Positions 23,440 through 24,518 of a DNA stretch of 24,518 nucleotides are shown here, piece after piece. Within the stretch, counting starts at the first letter, position 1, and every line of letters starts with the position of its first letter. The stretch lies in NCBI GenBank assembly GCA_018268545.1, contig JAFDWI010000355.1, forward strand, positions 1-24,518. The letters run 5' to 3'. This stretch comes from Actinomycetota bacterium (GTDB lineage Bacteria; Actinomycetota; Acidimicrobiia; Acidimicrobiales; Iamiaceae). The notes below the pieces were generated by a model. The model saw nothing but the letters and a program-made list of their open reading frames with translations, was not told the origin of the DNA and did no database searches. A program made the position numbers and the translations under genes.

Positions 23440-24518
23440 TCGTCTCCGGAAGCTTCGGTGTCGGCCGACTGTGCCCACGGACTCTTGTCCGGAGTGTCGG
23501 CCGGTTCCGGGTTCGACAAGCGCCGATGGACGCCGAGGAGCGACTCGAGGTCCGATCCCTGCGGCGAGGCCGCTGCGGTTGTCGGGGACGCCACGGCCGG
23601 TGCGGCCACCGTTGACGGCGAACTCTCCGCGGCCGCTGCGGGAGCGGAAGCCGTCCGAGCGGAACGACTGCGAGCGAGCAGCCGCTCTCCAATGGTCACC
23701 GTTGCGGTCGTGCCGTCGGCGTCCGACCGGAGTTCGACGCTGATCCCGAGCCCGGTAGCCAGGTGCCCTGCCACGAAGTGACCCATGTAGCGCGAAGGTG
23801 CGACCGTGAAGGACTCCTGACCCGACAGGCGACGGTTCGCGGTTTCGACCTGCTCGGGTGTCATCCCGATCCCGTGGTCGACGATGGTGATCTCGTACCC
23901 GTCGGTGAGCCGTCGCCCCGACACGTCGACCGTCGTGGTCGGCGGCGAGAAGTTCAGACCGTTCTCGATCAGCTCGGCGAGGATGTGCGCGAGGTCGGCC
24001 GCGACGCTCGTCGGGAGTCGCGCCTCGTCGACGTTGCCGATCGTGACCCGGGTGTACTCGTCGACCTCGCTGAGCGCGGACCGCAGCGCGTCGATGACGG
24101 GGGCAGGTTGACCTGCACGGCGCTGACGGGTCACCCCGGCGAGCACGATCAGCGATTCGGCGTTACGGCGGATCCGGGTGGCGAGGTGGTCGAGCTTGAA
24201 GAGGTTCTCGAGCACCTGCTCGTCTTCCTCGGTGCGCTCCAGGTCGGTGATGAAGTCGAGTTGGCGGGCCACGAGGCCTTGGACCCGTCGGCCGAGGTTG
24301 AGGAACGAGTCGGCGAAGTTGCGGCGTTGCATCGCCTGCTCGACGGCGAGTTGAAGTGCGCGTTGTTGGACATCGTTGATCGACCGCGCGACGTCGCGCA
24401 CCTCGTCGCGGCTGGACACGACGATCGGTTCGAGTTTCGGTTCGACGATGTCCTCACCGATGGGCGTCGCGAGCACGCTGCCGACGGCCTCGGGGAGTCC
24501 CTTGGTCGCCATCGAGTG
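23430..24518 (-). CDS. Actinobacterial CvnA/conservon-type sensor histidine kinase, C-terminal part (5' end outside window)
   Basis: Frame stays open to the window edge. HAMP-like RDEVRDVARSIN; RRVQGLVARQL..I..LE; LFKLDHLATRIRRNAESLIVLAG; N box LAELIENGLNFSPP; G1 IVDHGIGM; G2 region MGHFVAGHLA. Confidence 0.88.
   Translation of the reverse strand, partial: HSMATKGLPEAVGSVLATPIGEDIVEPKLEPIVVSSRDEVRDVARSINDVQQRALQLAVEQAMQRRNFADSFLNLGRRVQGLVARQLDFITDLERTEEDEQVLENLFKLDHLATRIRRNAESLIVLAGVTRQRRAGQPAPVIDALRSALSEVDEYTRVTIGNVDEARLPTSVAADLAHILAELIENGLNFSPPTTTVDVSGRRLTDGYEITIVDHGIGMTPEQVETANRRLSGQESFTVAPSRYMGHFVAGHLATGLGISVELRSDADGTTATVTIGERLLARSRSARTASAPAAAAESSPSTVAAPAVASPTTAAASPQGSDLESLLGVHRRLSNPEPADTPDKSPWAQSADTEASGDDQS

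Overview
GC-rich, apparently actinobacterial DNA (gene content and protein style suggest Acidimicrobiia; inference). It is densely coded, with about 22 CDS, two truncated at the window edges, plus tRNA-Gly(GCC) and a cobalamin riboswitch. Left third: mutM, SDR, menB and a FAD-linked oxidase on the minus strand, then a FecR-like membrane protein, a crotonase, two unknown membrane proteins, msrB, an acyl-CoA dehydrogenase, an APH-family kinase and a Cys-type glutathione peroxidase. Middle: an overlap-coupled chain of DEAD-box helicase, orphan N6-adenine methyltransferase, Ig-like membrane protein, metX and a Cys/Met-metabolism PLP enzyme, followed by two low-complexity proteins, tRNA-Gly and pyk. 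Right end, the best candidate for a novel system: a compact B12 riboswitch controls two exported proteins that look like the alpha (alpha/alpha-toroid) and beta (DUF4430-like) halves of a transcobalamin-type B12 clamp split into separate genes, with no transporter in the operon. The first ends in an unusual anchor-less '...PTFTG-stop' tail. A CvnA-type sensor kinase lacking its usual downstream partners converges on this operon. No mobile element, CRISPR array or rRNA is visible. All family assignments are by motif recognition from memory; no searches were run.
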